Shown here piece by piece: positions 46,501 to 58,500 of a stretch of DNA of 64,000 bases; the first letter of the stretch is position 1; each line of letters begins with the position of its first letter. A program made the position numbers and the translations under genes. This DNA is from Macrostomum lignano (Eukaryota). The notes under the pieces are model-generated. The model searched no databases. It worked only from the letters and a program-made list of their open reading frames with translations, and was not told the origin of the DNA. The DNA lies in assembly GCA_002269645.1 (NCBI GenBank), contig NIVC01003619.1, forward strand, positions 23,129-87,128. The letters are read 5' to 3'.

Positions 46501-49500
46501 TCCGAGGCCTACAAGGAGCTGCCGAACACCCACATGCTGGCCTTCCAGTGCTCGCCCTGGTCCACCTCGGACGGCATCATCCAGACCTTCCAGCAGTGCG
46601 CCATGCTGCAGAGAGGCAAACCGCAGGACGAGTTTGTCGCCGTCGTGGTGCTGGAGGAGGTCGGCCTCGCTGAGGACAGCCCGGACATGCCGTTAAAGAG
46701 CCTGCACCCGCTGCTGGAGGACGGCTGCATCGAGGAGGCGGGGCCAGCCGACGAGGACAGCGAGGAGTCGCTGCCGCCCGAGTGCCGCAAGGTAGCGTTC
46801 GTCGGTATCTCCAACTGGGCGCTGGACCCGGCGAAGATGAACCGCGGCCTCTACGTGCAGCGGGACGTGCCGGATCGCGAAGAGCTGGTGGCCACCGCCA
46901 GGGGCATCTGCAGCGACGGCAATTCGGAGGACTGGGATCGCCTGGCCGAGTTCTACCTCGGGGTGAGCAGGCCGGTTGCTCATCAGGGCGAAGAGAGCGG
47001 CTTGGCGAGCTGTTGTCCCATCCTGATGTCAGCTCCCCTGACAGATGATCCCATCCTGATGTCAGCTCCCCTGACAGATGATCCCATCCTGATGTCAGCT
47101 CCCCTGACAGATGATCCCATCCTGATGTCAGCTCCCCTGACAGATGATCCCATCCTGATGTCAGCTCCCCTGACAGATGATCCCATCCTGATGTTTGTTC
47201 CCCTGACAGATGGTCCCATCCTGATGTTAGCTCCCCTGACAGTCAAGTCAGTCAGTCAGTCAGTCAGTCAGTCAGTCAGTCAGTCAGTCAGTCAGTCAGT
47301 CAGTCAGTCAGTCAGTCAGTCAGTCAGTCAGTCAGTCAGTCAGTCAGTCAGTCAGTCAGTCAGTCAGTCAGTCAGTCAGTCAGTCAGTCACCCACTCAAG
47401 TCAGTCAGTCAGTCAGTCAGTCAGTCACCCACTCAAGTCAGTCAGTCAGTCAGTCAGTCAGTCACCCACTCAAGTCAGTCAGTCAGTCAGTCAGTCAGTC
47501 TCGCCCACCCCTTGTCCCCCCAGATCCACGAGACCGCCATTCATCGAGTTGGCCGCGAGTTCTTCGGCCTGCGCGACTTCTTCAGCCTGGTGAAGGACTT
47601 GCGCCGTTCTGTAGCCGCCCCAGACGCCGCCGACGAGGCCGCCGTCACTCTGCGCTGCGCCGCAAAGAACTTCGGCGGCCTGGAGGAGGTGGACCCGGTG
47701 AAGGAGTTCCTCCGTCCGACTGGCGGCCAGCCTGCCGACGCGCACAGAGGCCTGGCGAAGCTCGTGCTGGACGCGGCGCTGGAGACGCGCGACCCCGAGG
47801 AGCGCTACCTGTTGTTGGTCACGCAGAACCTGGCCGGCTTCAAGGCGCTGCTGCGCCGGCCTGGTGGCCGTCAGTCCACCGTCATCTTCGGCAGCAGCTT
47901 CCCGCACGACCAGCTGTACACCAAGGTGTGCCGCGACATCAACAAGATCAAGCTGGCCATGGAGCGGGGCGAGACCGTTGTGCTCATGAATATGGATTCG
48001 CTGTACGAGTCTCTGTACGATGTGCTCAACCAGTACTATGAGACCTGCGGCGGGCAGCGCTACGTCGACCTGGGACTGGGGACTCACAGGTGAGCTCAGC
48101 TATCTAAATGTTTGCACTTGCGGCGTTTCTGAGTCTGTAGCTTCAACTGCTGAGCTGGGACCCCACCTGAATCGATGCTCGAAGGGTAAATCGTGCAATT
48201 ATCACTGTTCCTCATTGTGCCCCGCCAGGCTGAAGTGCAAAATCCACGAGAACTTCCGCATCGTGGTGGTGGCAGACCGCGACACCGTGATGGACCGGTT
48301 CCCCATCCCGCTCATCAACCGCATGGAGAAGCACCGCCTGTGCCTGGACTCCCTGCTCAATTCAAAGCAGAAACAACTCTGCGAGGCCATTGTCAGCTGT
48401 CTGAAGGCTGAGCTGCTTCAGGGCCAAGCAACCCTGTCTGATGTTCTCATCGGTTACCATGACGACAGCGTGGCCGCCCTGCTGCTTGAGCTGTGGCCTC
48501 AGCAGTCAGCTGACGCAAGCGGCATCTGTGAGACCGTCATTGACGAGGCGAAACTGCGGCTGCGAGTCGTTCAGCGGCTGATGCTGACCGCCAGCCCCGA
48601 CTGCTACTTCAGGCTGGCCCAGGACTCGCCTCTGCTGGTGAGCTGAGCTGCAACTGCTCGGGTTCTCAAACCACCTCATCTTCACCTCACCTCATCTTCA
48701 CCTCACATCATCTTCACCGCACCTCATCTTCACCCCACATCATCTTCACCGCACCTCATCTTCACCCCACATCATCTTCACGCCACCTCATCTTCACCCC
48801 ACATCATCTTCACGCCACCTCATCTTCACCCCACCTCATCTTACCCTTCACCACACCTCATCTTCACCCTACCTCATCTTCACCACACCTCATCTTCACC
48901 ACACCTCATCTTCACCACACCTCATCGTCACCCTTCACCCCACATCATCTTCACCCCTCCTCATCTTCACCACACCTCATCGTCACCCCTCCTCATCTTC
49001 ACCAAACCTCATCGTCACCCTTCACTCCACATCATCTTCACTCCACATCATCTTCACCCCACATCATCTTCACCCCACCTCCTCTTCACCCCACCTCCTC
49101 TTCACCCCACCTCCTCTTCACTCCATCTCATCTTCACCCGCCTCATCATCAATTTGCACGGTGGCTTTCTCCTTGATTCCGCAATTCACGGCTTGAGAAA
49201 TTTCGCTTCTCTCTTAATTCTAGGAAACCGCCATCGACCCTGAGAGCGCCGCCTTCCGTCCCGGTCAGCGCCTGGCTCAGCGCCTTCGCTCCGCGCTCCG
49301 GGCCTGGCCGCGCCACCGCCTGCTGCAGGTGACGTCATTCGATCAGCTGATGTCGGAGGCCGAGTCGCAGCAGCTGGCCGCCGACTGCCCGGAACTGGGC
49401 GGCCTCATCAGCGTCAACCTCAGCAGCTTCGAGACCGAGGGCCAGTTCTCCGACTTCCTCAGGGCCTTCGTTGGTGGGGCCCGGGCCGAGCGGACGCTGC

Positions 49501-52500
49501 TGCTGCAGCTGGACGCCGCCCACGCCGCCGCCTCCGCCGGGCTGGTGGCCTCGGCGAAGCACTGCATCGAGGGCGTTGCGCTGCCCGCCAGCGGCGTTGC
49601 CGGAGCTGCAGAGCCGCTGCATTCCGGGGACCGGCGCGTGCTGCTCTGCCTGCGGCTGCACCGGTCGCGCGCCAACCCGTTCCGCGGCTTCGAGTCCGGC
49701 GCCTGGCTGTCGATGCACGTCGACTCGTCGGCGGCCACGGCGGCGCTGCATGTGCAGGGCCTGGCGCCGGCGCCCGTGTCCGCCATCGCTAAGCGGCTGG
49801 CGAGCGGTTTGTGGCTGCTGACTGATTGATGGGGAGGGTTGAAGCGGACGATAGAGACAGGGGTTTAGAGACGGATATTTAGAAACGGAGAGACGGAGGG
49901 TTTAAGACAGAGGTTTAAAGATGGAGGGTTTAAGACAGAGGTTTAAAGATGGAGGGTTTAAGACAGAGGTTTAAAGATGGAGGGTTTAAGACAGAGGTTT
50001 AAAGATGGAGGGTTTAAGACAGAGGTTTAAAGATGGAGGGTTTAAGACAGAGGTTTAAAGATGGAGGGTTTAAGACAGAGGTTTAAAGATGGAGGGTTTA
50101 AGACAGAGGTTTAAAGATGGAGGGTTTAGGACAGAGGTTTAAAGATGGAGGGTTTAGGACCGAGATTTAGAGACGGACTCGGAGGGTAAAGACGGAGGGT
50201 TTAGACGGAGAGTAGAGATGGAGGGTAGAGATGGAGGGTAGAGATGGAGGGTAGAGATAAAATGTAGAGACAGGTTTAGAGATGGAGGTTTAAAGAAGGG
50301 AGCTGGGATGGTGGTCTTGACGGGAAAGATGGAAAGGAGGCGGGATAGACACGCGGAGTCGGTAGTCTCTATGCAGGACCATAGAGAGCAGACACAAGAA
50401 GGCCATTTTGAGAACCTTCGCAAGATTCCCAAAGTCTTCTCTCAACTGATATTCAAGGCCAAGCAACCGCTGACCTGCCCGTGACCTTTGACCTCGGCCA
50501 CCTGGTGCACGCGAGCGTTTTCGCTGCCCTGGCCCAACTTGGCGGGGCCGGCAGCTCCGCCGCGGTTGACCGCTGCAGCCAGCGGTTCAGCATCTTCGTT
50601 GGCGCCTTCCACGAAGGTGAGAGCTGGTCTCTGAGCCACTGCTGTCGTCACTGATCCCCCAGTGCCACTCAGTAACCCCCCGACACTCCAACCTGCCACC
50701 CGCAGACCCCGACTTCCGAGCCCTGGTGCTGAAGTTCCTGTGGCGCGGCCTGGCCTTCGTGGAGGAGAGCTGCAGCTACCTTGCCTATGACGACTGCAGC
50801 CTCTGGCTGCGGCACGAGGCCGCCCGTCTGGAGTCCGTGCTCGAGTCCGGGACCTTTGCGTGAGCTGCCGGATTCTGTTTGGCCTTCTGTGTCTCGGTTC
50901 CCCCTTCCTCTACCTCTAGCTCCTCCCTGCCATCTCTCACATCCTCCTCTCTCACTCCCTATCCCCCTCCACTCTCCCACCATCCCCTCTCCCACCCTCC
51001 TCTCTCCCACCCTCCTCTCTCCCACCCTCCTCTCTCCCACCCTCCTCTCTCCCACTCTCTACTCTCCCACCCTCCTCTCTCCCATCCTCTCTCCCACCCT
51101 CCTCTCTCCCACCCTCCTCTCTCCCACCCTCCTCTCTCTACCCTCCTCTCTCCCACCCTCCTCTCTCCCACCCTCCTCTCTTCCACCCTCCTCTCTTCCA
51201 TCTCCACCCTCCACTTCCACTGTTCTCTCATTTCCCCTGGCCTCTGGCTGCTTTCCGAAGGTCCGAAGATCGAACCTACAATCTCATTTCCCTCCCCGGC
51301 TCGACTTTCCAGCGAGAGCGCCTGGCGCGTCCTTTGCCGCAAGGCCACGCCCGTGCTGGCCGCATTCCTTAGCCTCGCCGACCGGCACCACGGCCTGGAC
51401 GCCCTCAGCTCCGGCCCCGGCTGGCGGCGAAACCTGTGGCTCCGCCTGGCGCGCCTCTTGCTGACCCCCGCCGAAGGCTTCTCCGCATCCACTGCCGCCT
51501 GCGAGGCGCTGACCCGCTTCGCCCAGCCCAACGCCGGCTCCGTCGCCGCAGCCGCTGACGAGCCGGCTTGCCAGCTGCCTTTCGCTGCTGAGGTGGTCAG
51601 CTCGCTGCGCAAACTGCGGCAGGCACTGGCCGACGCAAACCTGGGCTACAGCGGAGGCTGGCCCAGCCAGCTGATGTCTGAGTTCCCGGGCACCCCCATA
51701 GGTGCCGCTCTGGACGACTGCGGCGGCTCCGGCGACGTTGCGGCCGTCCTGGCCGGCGACCTGCTGCTGCTGTCCCGGGCGTCGATTCTAAACGGTGACG
51801 CCGGCGCTGACGTCCACCGCCTCGTTGCAGACCTGCTGGAGCGGCAGGCGCGGACCGATGCCACCGCCGACGCCTCATCGGAGTCTGAGCAGCCCGCCCG
51901 GCTCGCCGCGGCCGTCTGGGCCGCCAGTGTTGAGTGGCGCGACTGCCTGCGCCTGTCCGCAGCGCTGATGGCTCGGGCCGACGGCCTGGCGGCCTCCCTG
52001 ACCGAAGCTGCCGACGGAGTTCGGCGATGCGCCGATCTGCCGCTGGTGAGTTGGCGACCTCGCCTTGCCCCCCCCCCCCTGACCCCTCGGAGTTGAAGCT
52101 CCGCCTGCGCGGCCATCTCAGGAGCAGCCCAAATCCAAAGTCACACGACTAACGATGAGAGAGTCAGAGCCGCTGTGCACCTCTGTGAGAGTTCGGGCTC
52201 AAAGCTGAGCAGCCAGGATTGCACACTCCACCCCCCCGCAGGCCGCGCTCGAGCACTTCCAGCTGGGCTTCAGCCGGGCCGGCATGGTGGCTGCCCTCAC
52301 CAATCCCGGCCACCGCTCCGCTTGGTGTCGCCAAGTTCGCGACTGCGGCCCCGCCGTCGAGAACCTTCTGGCAAAAGTCGTCCAGTTGGCGCAGGAGGCG
52401 GCGGCGGAGGCCCGGGCGGCCTGGCAGCGGGTCCAGTGCGTGCAGCTGTTTCTGGACACCGTGTCGCTGCCGTTCGATGCCGAGTCCAGCGTCCCGGAGG

Positions 52501-55500
52501 GCCTCATCCAGCCAGTGCGCCTGTGGAATGTGAGTAGCATGAGCTGCTTCCTTGCTTGCTGCGTCTCAATTTCACCCTCAGCATCCGCCTGCCAACCGAT
52601 GAATTCCAGAGCTTCCTTGCCAACCCGCACGCCAGCTTCAAGACCGTGACTGCCATTCGCCTTATTGAGGCCTTTCTCACTCAGACAGATGCCGACATTG
52701 CCAGGTAAGTCTCTGCATCCTGTGCACTCAGCTCACTGCATCCTGTGCACTCAGCTCACTGCATCCTGTGCACTCAGCTCACTGCATCCTGTGCACTCAG
52801 CTCACTGCATCCTGTGCACTCAGCTCACTGCATCCTGTGCACTCAGCTCACTGCATCCTGTGCACTCAGCTCACTGCATCCTGTGTGTGCACTCAGCTCA
52901 CTGCATCCTGTGCACTCAGCTCACTGCATCCTGTGTGTGCACTCAGCTCACTGCATCCTGTGCACTCAGCTCACTGCATCCTGTGCACTCAGCTCACTGC
53001 ATCCTGTGTGTGCACTCAGCTCACTGCATCCTGTGCACTCAGCTCACTGCATCCTGTGCACTCAGCTCACTGCATCCTGTGTGTGCACTCAGCTCACTGC
53101 ATCCTGTGTGTGCACTCAGCTCACTGCATCCTGTGTGTGCACTCAGCTCACTGCATCCTGTGCACTCAGCTCACTGCATCCTGTGCACTCAGCTCACTGC
53201 ATCCTGTGCACTCAGGTCCCCAGCCTCCGATCCTCATCCCCATCAATCCCGCAGCTCACTGACCTGCTGCGTATGCGACGAATCAGACGAAGGCGACGAA
53301 GGCAGCCCGGCGCACCTGCTGCTGGCCTGCGGCCACCGACTCTGCCGCGACTGCAGCGGCCTGCCTGATGAGTCCGAGTCGGATGAAGACGTCGAATTAG
53401 CCGATGATGAGCAGGCGGCGGAGCAGGATGGCAGGAACAGCGATGAGGCTGAGGATGCTGAGGAGCCGGACGGCAGCCCGGCCGGTGCATCTGCCCGCCT
53501 CCGCTGCCCGGTGTGCCAGGAGTCCGGGGTGGCGGCGGCCGCGCCAGCCGGCGCGAGCTTCGGGGTTCGGGCGGAGTTCCGGGCCCGCTGCAACACCTTC
53601 ATGATGGAGACGGTCGGCCGGCTGACCTTCGGCGGCGGGCCGGAGCCGCCCAGCCCGGAGCTGTGCCGCCACCTGGTGGCCTACGTGACCGCCTGCGACG
53701 CCGGCGGCCCCAGCGAGACCAAGGAGTTCGCCTTCTTCACGCAGAACAGGGACCCGTCGCCCGTGTTCAGGTAGGCCCGGGCGCTGAGTGGAGCTCGCAT
53801 CTTCATCTTGAACGTGACGCGTTTTTGTTTGATCAGACATTGCGTGTCTCCCCATCATACCAAAAAAGAATTCCCGAAATCCCCCAAAATGCCCTCCGCA
53901 CAATGCCCAGAATGCCCCACAATCCCTGGAAAACCCCATAACCCCAAAAAAGACCCATAACCCCCAAAATGCCCCATAACCCTAAGATTCCCCATAATCC
54001 TCAAAATGCTCTACAAGTATAAATAATCCCGAAAATGCCCACAATCCCCGAAATGCCCCACAATCCCCGAAATGCCCCACAATCCCCAAAATGCCCCACA
54101 ATCCCCAAAATGCCCCACAATCCCTGAAATGCCCCACAATCCCCGAAATGCCCCACAATCCCCAAAATGCCCCACAATCCCTGAAATGCCCCACAATCCC
54201 TATATCGAACGCGAACCCCGTCTACGTGCTTTTGAAGTGAGACTGTGGAGTCCAGTTTTCCAGATTTTGCTCGGGGTGCTCACTGGCTACTGCCGTCCCC
54301 CCTTCAGGTCCTTCATCCTGCAGCAGCTGCTGCGCTACAGCAGAGACTCGGTGCAGCAGCAGCTCACCGAGCACCTGGCCAGCGCCCGCGACATCCTCGG
54401 CCAGGCGGCCGCCGTGGATCTCGCGCGCATCGTTTGCCACTGCCTGGAGGACCTCCGCATGGCCAAGCTGGCCAATCAGGTGCGGCCGGATCTGCGGCTC
54501 AAACTGGCGCTGTCCCACCTGCAGACCGGCCTGGCGGACCAGCCGCAGCCCGACTGCCTTGACGGCCTGAGCTCGCTGGCCACCGGCCGGGCCGCCCTGA
54601 CTGCTCTGGCCGACGCCCTGGCCGAGGATGAGCAGCGGCTGGCCGGGGAGAGGCTGGACCGCCCGGCAACCGTTGCCAGGAGCCACTTGAAATCCTGCCG
54701 GCCGGCCCGGGTTTTCCTGCTGCGGAGCCTGGCGAGTCGGCTGGGCGGCGGCGGAGCCGTCCGGCTGCTGCGGCAGCACCGTTGGCTTGCCGAGGTTTTC
54801 GGCGATGAACTTGGAGGAGGCGCCGCTGGCCAGGACAACCGCGGCGGGGCCAGCCAGCCGGAGCTGCTGCTGTGCCACTCGGAGGAGTTCCGGACAGCCC
54901 GGAAGGCGGTCTGGCAGCTGGTGCTGGGCATGGGGAACCAGGTGAGCTGGTGCTGGGCATGGGGAACCAGGTGAGCTGGTGCTGGGCATGGGGAACCAGG
55001 TGAGCTGGTGCTTAGGATATAGAAGCCAGCAGGTGAGCTGGTGCTTATCAGGTAGCTGGTTCTTGGGAAATAGAAGCCAGCAGGTGAGCTGGTGCTTGGG
55101 AAATAGCAGCCAGCAGGTGATCTGGTGCTTGGGAAATAGAAGCCAGCAGGTGAGCTGGTGCTTGGGAAATAGCAGCCAGCAGGTGATCTGGTGATTGGGA
55201 AATGGAAGCCAGCAGGTGAGCTGGTGATTGGGAAATAGAAGCCAGCAGGTGATCTGGTGATTGGGAAATGGAAGCCAGCAAGTGATCTGGTGATTGGGAA
55301 ATTGAAGCCAGCAGGTGATCTAGTGATTGGGAAATGGAAGCCAGCAGGTGATCTGGTGATTGGGAAATGGAAGCCAGCAGGTGATCTGGTGATTGGGAAA
55401 TGGAAGCCAGCAGGTGATCTGGTGATTGGGAATAAAAGCCAGCAGGTGATCTGGTGATTGGGAAATAGAAGCCAGCAGGTGAGCTGGTGATTGGGAAATA

Positions 55501-58500
55501 GAAGCCAGCAGGTAAGCTGGTGCTTATCAGGTAGCTGGTGTTTGGGAACTAGAAGCCAGCTGATAAGCTGGTGCTGGGCATTGAAAGCCAGCAGGTATGG
55601 GCAGCAACTTTCCGCACGCATTTCAGCGGCTCAGCTGCGATCAGCGCATGCAGAGTCTGGCAGCTGCATCGGTTGTCCACCAGCTGCAGGCCATGGAGCC
55701 GCGGCCCGCCAGTCTGGAAGACGTGGAGCCGCAGATTTTTGTGTCGCAGCTGCTGCCGGAAGCTCTGAGCTCTCAGGTGAGTTGAGTAAAGCCTTCAGAC
55801 AGTCTTTGACTTGCTGAATTAGAATTCTCCAACAATCTTGCACTGTCAAACCCTCCATCAATGATGAAGCTCGGCCGCCAGCTGCTGGAGCTGCTGGAGC
55901 TGCAGGTGCCCGGCCAGCGTCCGGAAGTTCAGCACCAGCTGCGCTCGCTGCTGCTGCACGCCGCGTACCTGGCAGCTGTCGCCCAGCCCGGACGGTCCAG
56001 CCTCCTGGACTTCTTTCAGCAACTTCCCACTAAGGCGAGCGGCTGGTTCCTGCCCGGCATGCCGCACGACCTGATGTTCGAGGCTGTGCAGGCCATTCGG
56101 GCGCGTCCGGCTGAGGGCGAGAACCCCACGCTTTGGAATCCCACGCTTTACCGTGAGTTCTGTGCGGTGCAGCTCATGTGCGATCAAAGCTCTGTAATTT
56201 AACAAACTAACGAAACCCGCCTCCCATACCTGGATTCGCAGTGTGCCCAAGCGGACATCCGTATATCATCACTGAGGTGAGCTCTCGGTGGGGGGAGGGG
56301 CAGCAATGACTCACCCGGTTTGGTTCTGTGAACTGAAGTCGACCGGGACTTGTGCAATGCTTGCTCATGAGGGCCCGCTCTCAAGGCGCAGTGTGTGTTG
56401 CTCATGAGGACCAGCCATCAAGCCGCAGTGTGTGTGTGTCTTTGTCTTGCTCATGAGGGCCAGTCCTCAAGGCGCAGTGTGTGAGTGTGTCTTGCTCATG
56501 AGGGCCAGTCCTCAAGGCGCAGTGTGTCTTTGTCTTGCTCATGAGGGCCAGTCCTCAAGGCGCAGTGTGTCTTTGTCTTGCTCATGAGGGCCAGTCCTCA
56601 AGGCGCAGAGTGTGAGTGTGTCTTGCTCATGAGGCTCATGTGTCTTGCTCCAATTGCTCACCCTCTCCGCACACCCCAGTGCGGTCGCCCTTGGACTCGG
56701 GGCCGCTGTAACGTGTGCCAGCGGCAAATCGGTGGCGCCGGGCACGATGCAGACCCGGACAACCAGGTGCAGCTGGACAGGCCTGACCAGAGCCAGCGCG
56801 GCTTCCTTGAAGATCCCAGCGACAGAGGCGGGTGGCGCAGCTTGCCTGCCGGCTGTGTGGCGGCTTTGAGGCTCCTGCAGGTGAGCCGCTGGCGCACCAA
56901 TCTGACTGGTTTCACTGCTGACCGAATTCGACCTCCTGACCCAACTCAACCCTAGCCCGATCCAACTCTGACCCAACTCAACCCTGAACCAACTCAACCC
57001 TGACCCATTTCAACCCTGACCCAAATCAACCCTGACCCAACTCAACCCTGACCCAACTCAACACTGACCCAACTCAACACTGACCCAAATCAACCCTGAC
57101 CCAACTCAACCCTGACCCAACTCAACACTGACCCAACTCAACCCTGACCCAATTCAACTCTGACCCAACTCAACACTGACCCAACTCAACCCTAGCCCGA
57201 TCCAACTCTGACCCAACTCAACCCTGAACCAACTCAACCCTGACCCAATTCAACTCTGACACAACTCAACCCTGACCCAATTCAACCCTGACCCAAATCA
57301 ACCCTGACCCAACTCAACCCTGACCCAACTCAACACTGACCCAAATCAACCCTGACCCAATCCAACCCTGACCACTCGCCACTCGCCGCAGGGTCTGTTC
57401 CTGTTTTCTTCGACTGCCTATCGCGGCTCGTCCAATCCGGAGCAGCTCGGCAGGGACCTGGTGCGCCTGGCCAGGCAGCTTGGCCGCAGCACGGAGGCGG
57501 CCAGCCAGCTGGTGCACATCCTGCTGGCCCGCCTGGCCGCCCACACTGACGGCGGCGACAACTGGCGGGATCTTGGCGAACAGGCAGGCAGGCAGCGGTT
57601 GGAGCAGCGGCTGATGAGCTCCCATGTGATGATGCAGGTGAGCAGCTGGTGTAATGATGCAGGTGAGCAGCTGGTGTAATGATGCAGGTGAGCAGCTGGT
57701 AACGATGCAGGTGAACAGCTGGTTTGATGATGCAGGTGAGCAGCTGGTGTAATGATGCAGGTGAGCAGCTGGTAACGATGCAGGTGAGCAGCTGGTTTGA
57801 TGATGCAGGTGAGCAGCTGGTGTGATGATGCAGGTGATCAGCTGGTGAGATGATGTAGATGAGCAGCTGGTGTGATGATGCAGATGAGCAGCTGGTGTGA
57901 TGATGCAGGTGAGCAGCTGGTGTGATGATGCAGATGAGCAGCTGGTGTGATGATGCAGATGAGCAGCTGGTGTGATGATGCAGATGAGCAGCTGGTGTGA
58001 TGATGCAGATGAGCAGCTGGTGTGATGATGCAGATGAGCAGCTGGTGTGATGATGCAGATGAGCAGCTGGTGTGATGATGCAGGTGCCACCTGGTCTTCA
58101 GAGGGGGGCTCCGATGTGATGCAGCCACCGTACCCGTACACTCTCAACGCTCACTTATTCTCCAGGGCCGACTCGAGACCGAGGCTGAGGCGCCGCTGGC
58201 TGAGGCCACCCGCCTTCTGGCCGCCGACAGCGTCGGGGTGGTCAACAGCCTGCTGTCCGTTGCTTGCGGGGCCGCTACCGAGGACTCCGGGCTGTGGAGC
58301 TGGCGGGAGCCGCTGACCGTGGCGCGGGCGGCCGCCCAGTGTCCCGAAGGCGGGCTGGTGCGGGCGGCTCAGGAGGTGAACCGCGCGCTGCTCCACCTGC
58401 CCCGCCTGCCCGACCTCGTGCGACTCTCTGAGCAGCTGGCCGCCGACCCTGACGTGGTCGCCGATGCCGTCAAGATGGATCAGCGGAAGCGGCAGTCTGC

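Noticed and set aside
41731-48093. 2120-aa single-exon ORF as given in the track
   Set aside because: It reads through intron 46963-47523 (33-bp and GTCA repeats); canonical GT-AG sites restore an RNF213-like sequence without the repeats.
49880-50170. GGGTTTA words suggesting interstitial telomeric repeats
   Set aside because: They are part of a 28-bp intron minisatellite, not tandem TTAGGG or TTTAGGG.
12000-58085. CRISPR-like appearance of the many regular repeat arrays
   Set aside because: Units are head-to-tail with no unique spacers, there are no cas genes, and the context is spliceosomal introns of a eukaryote.
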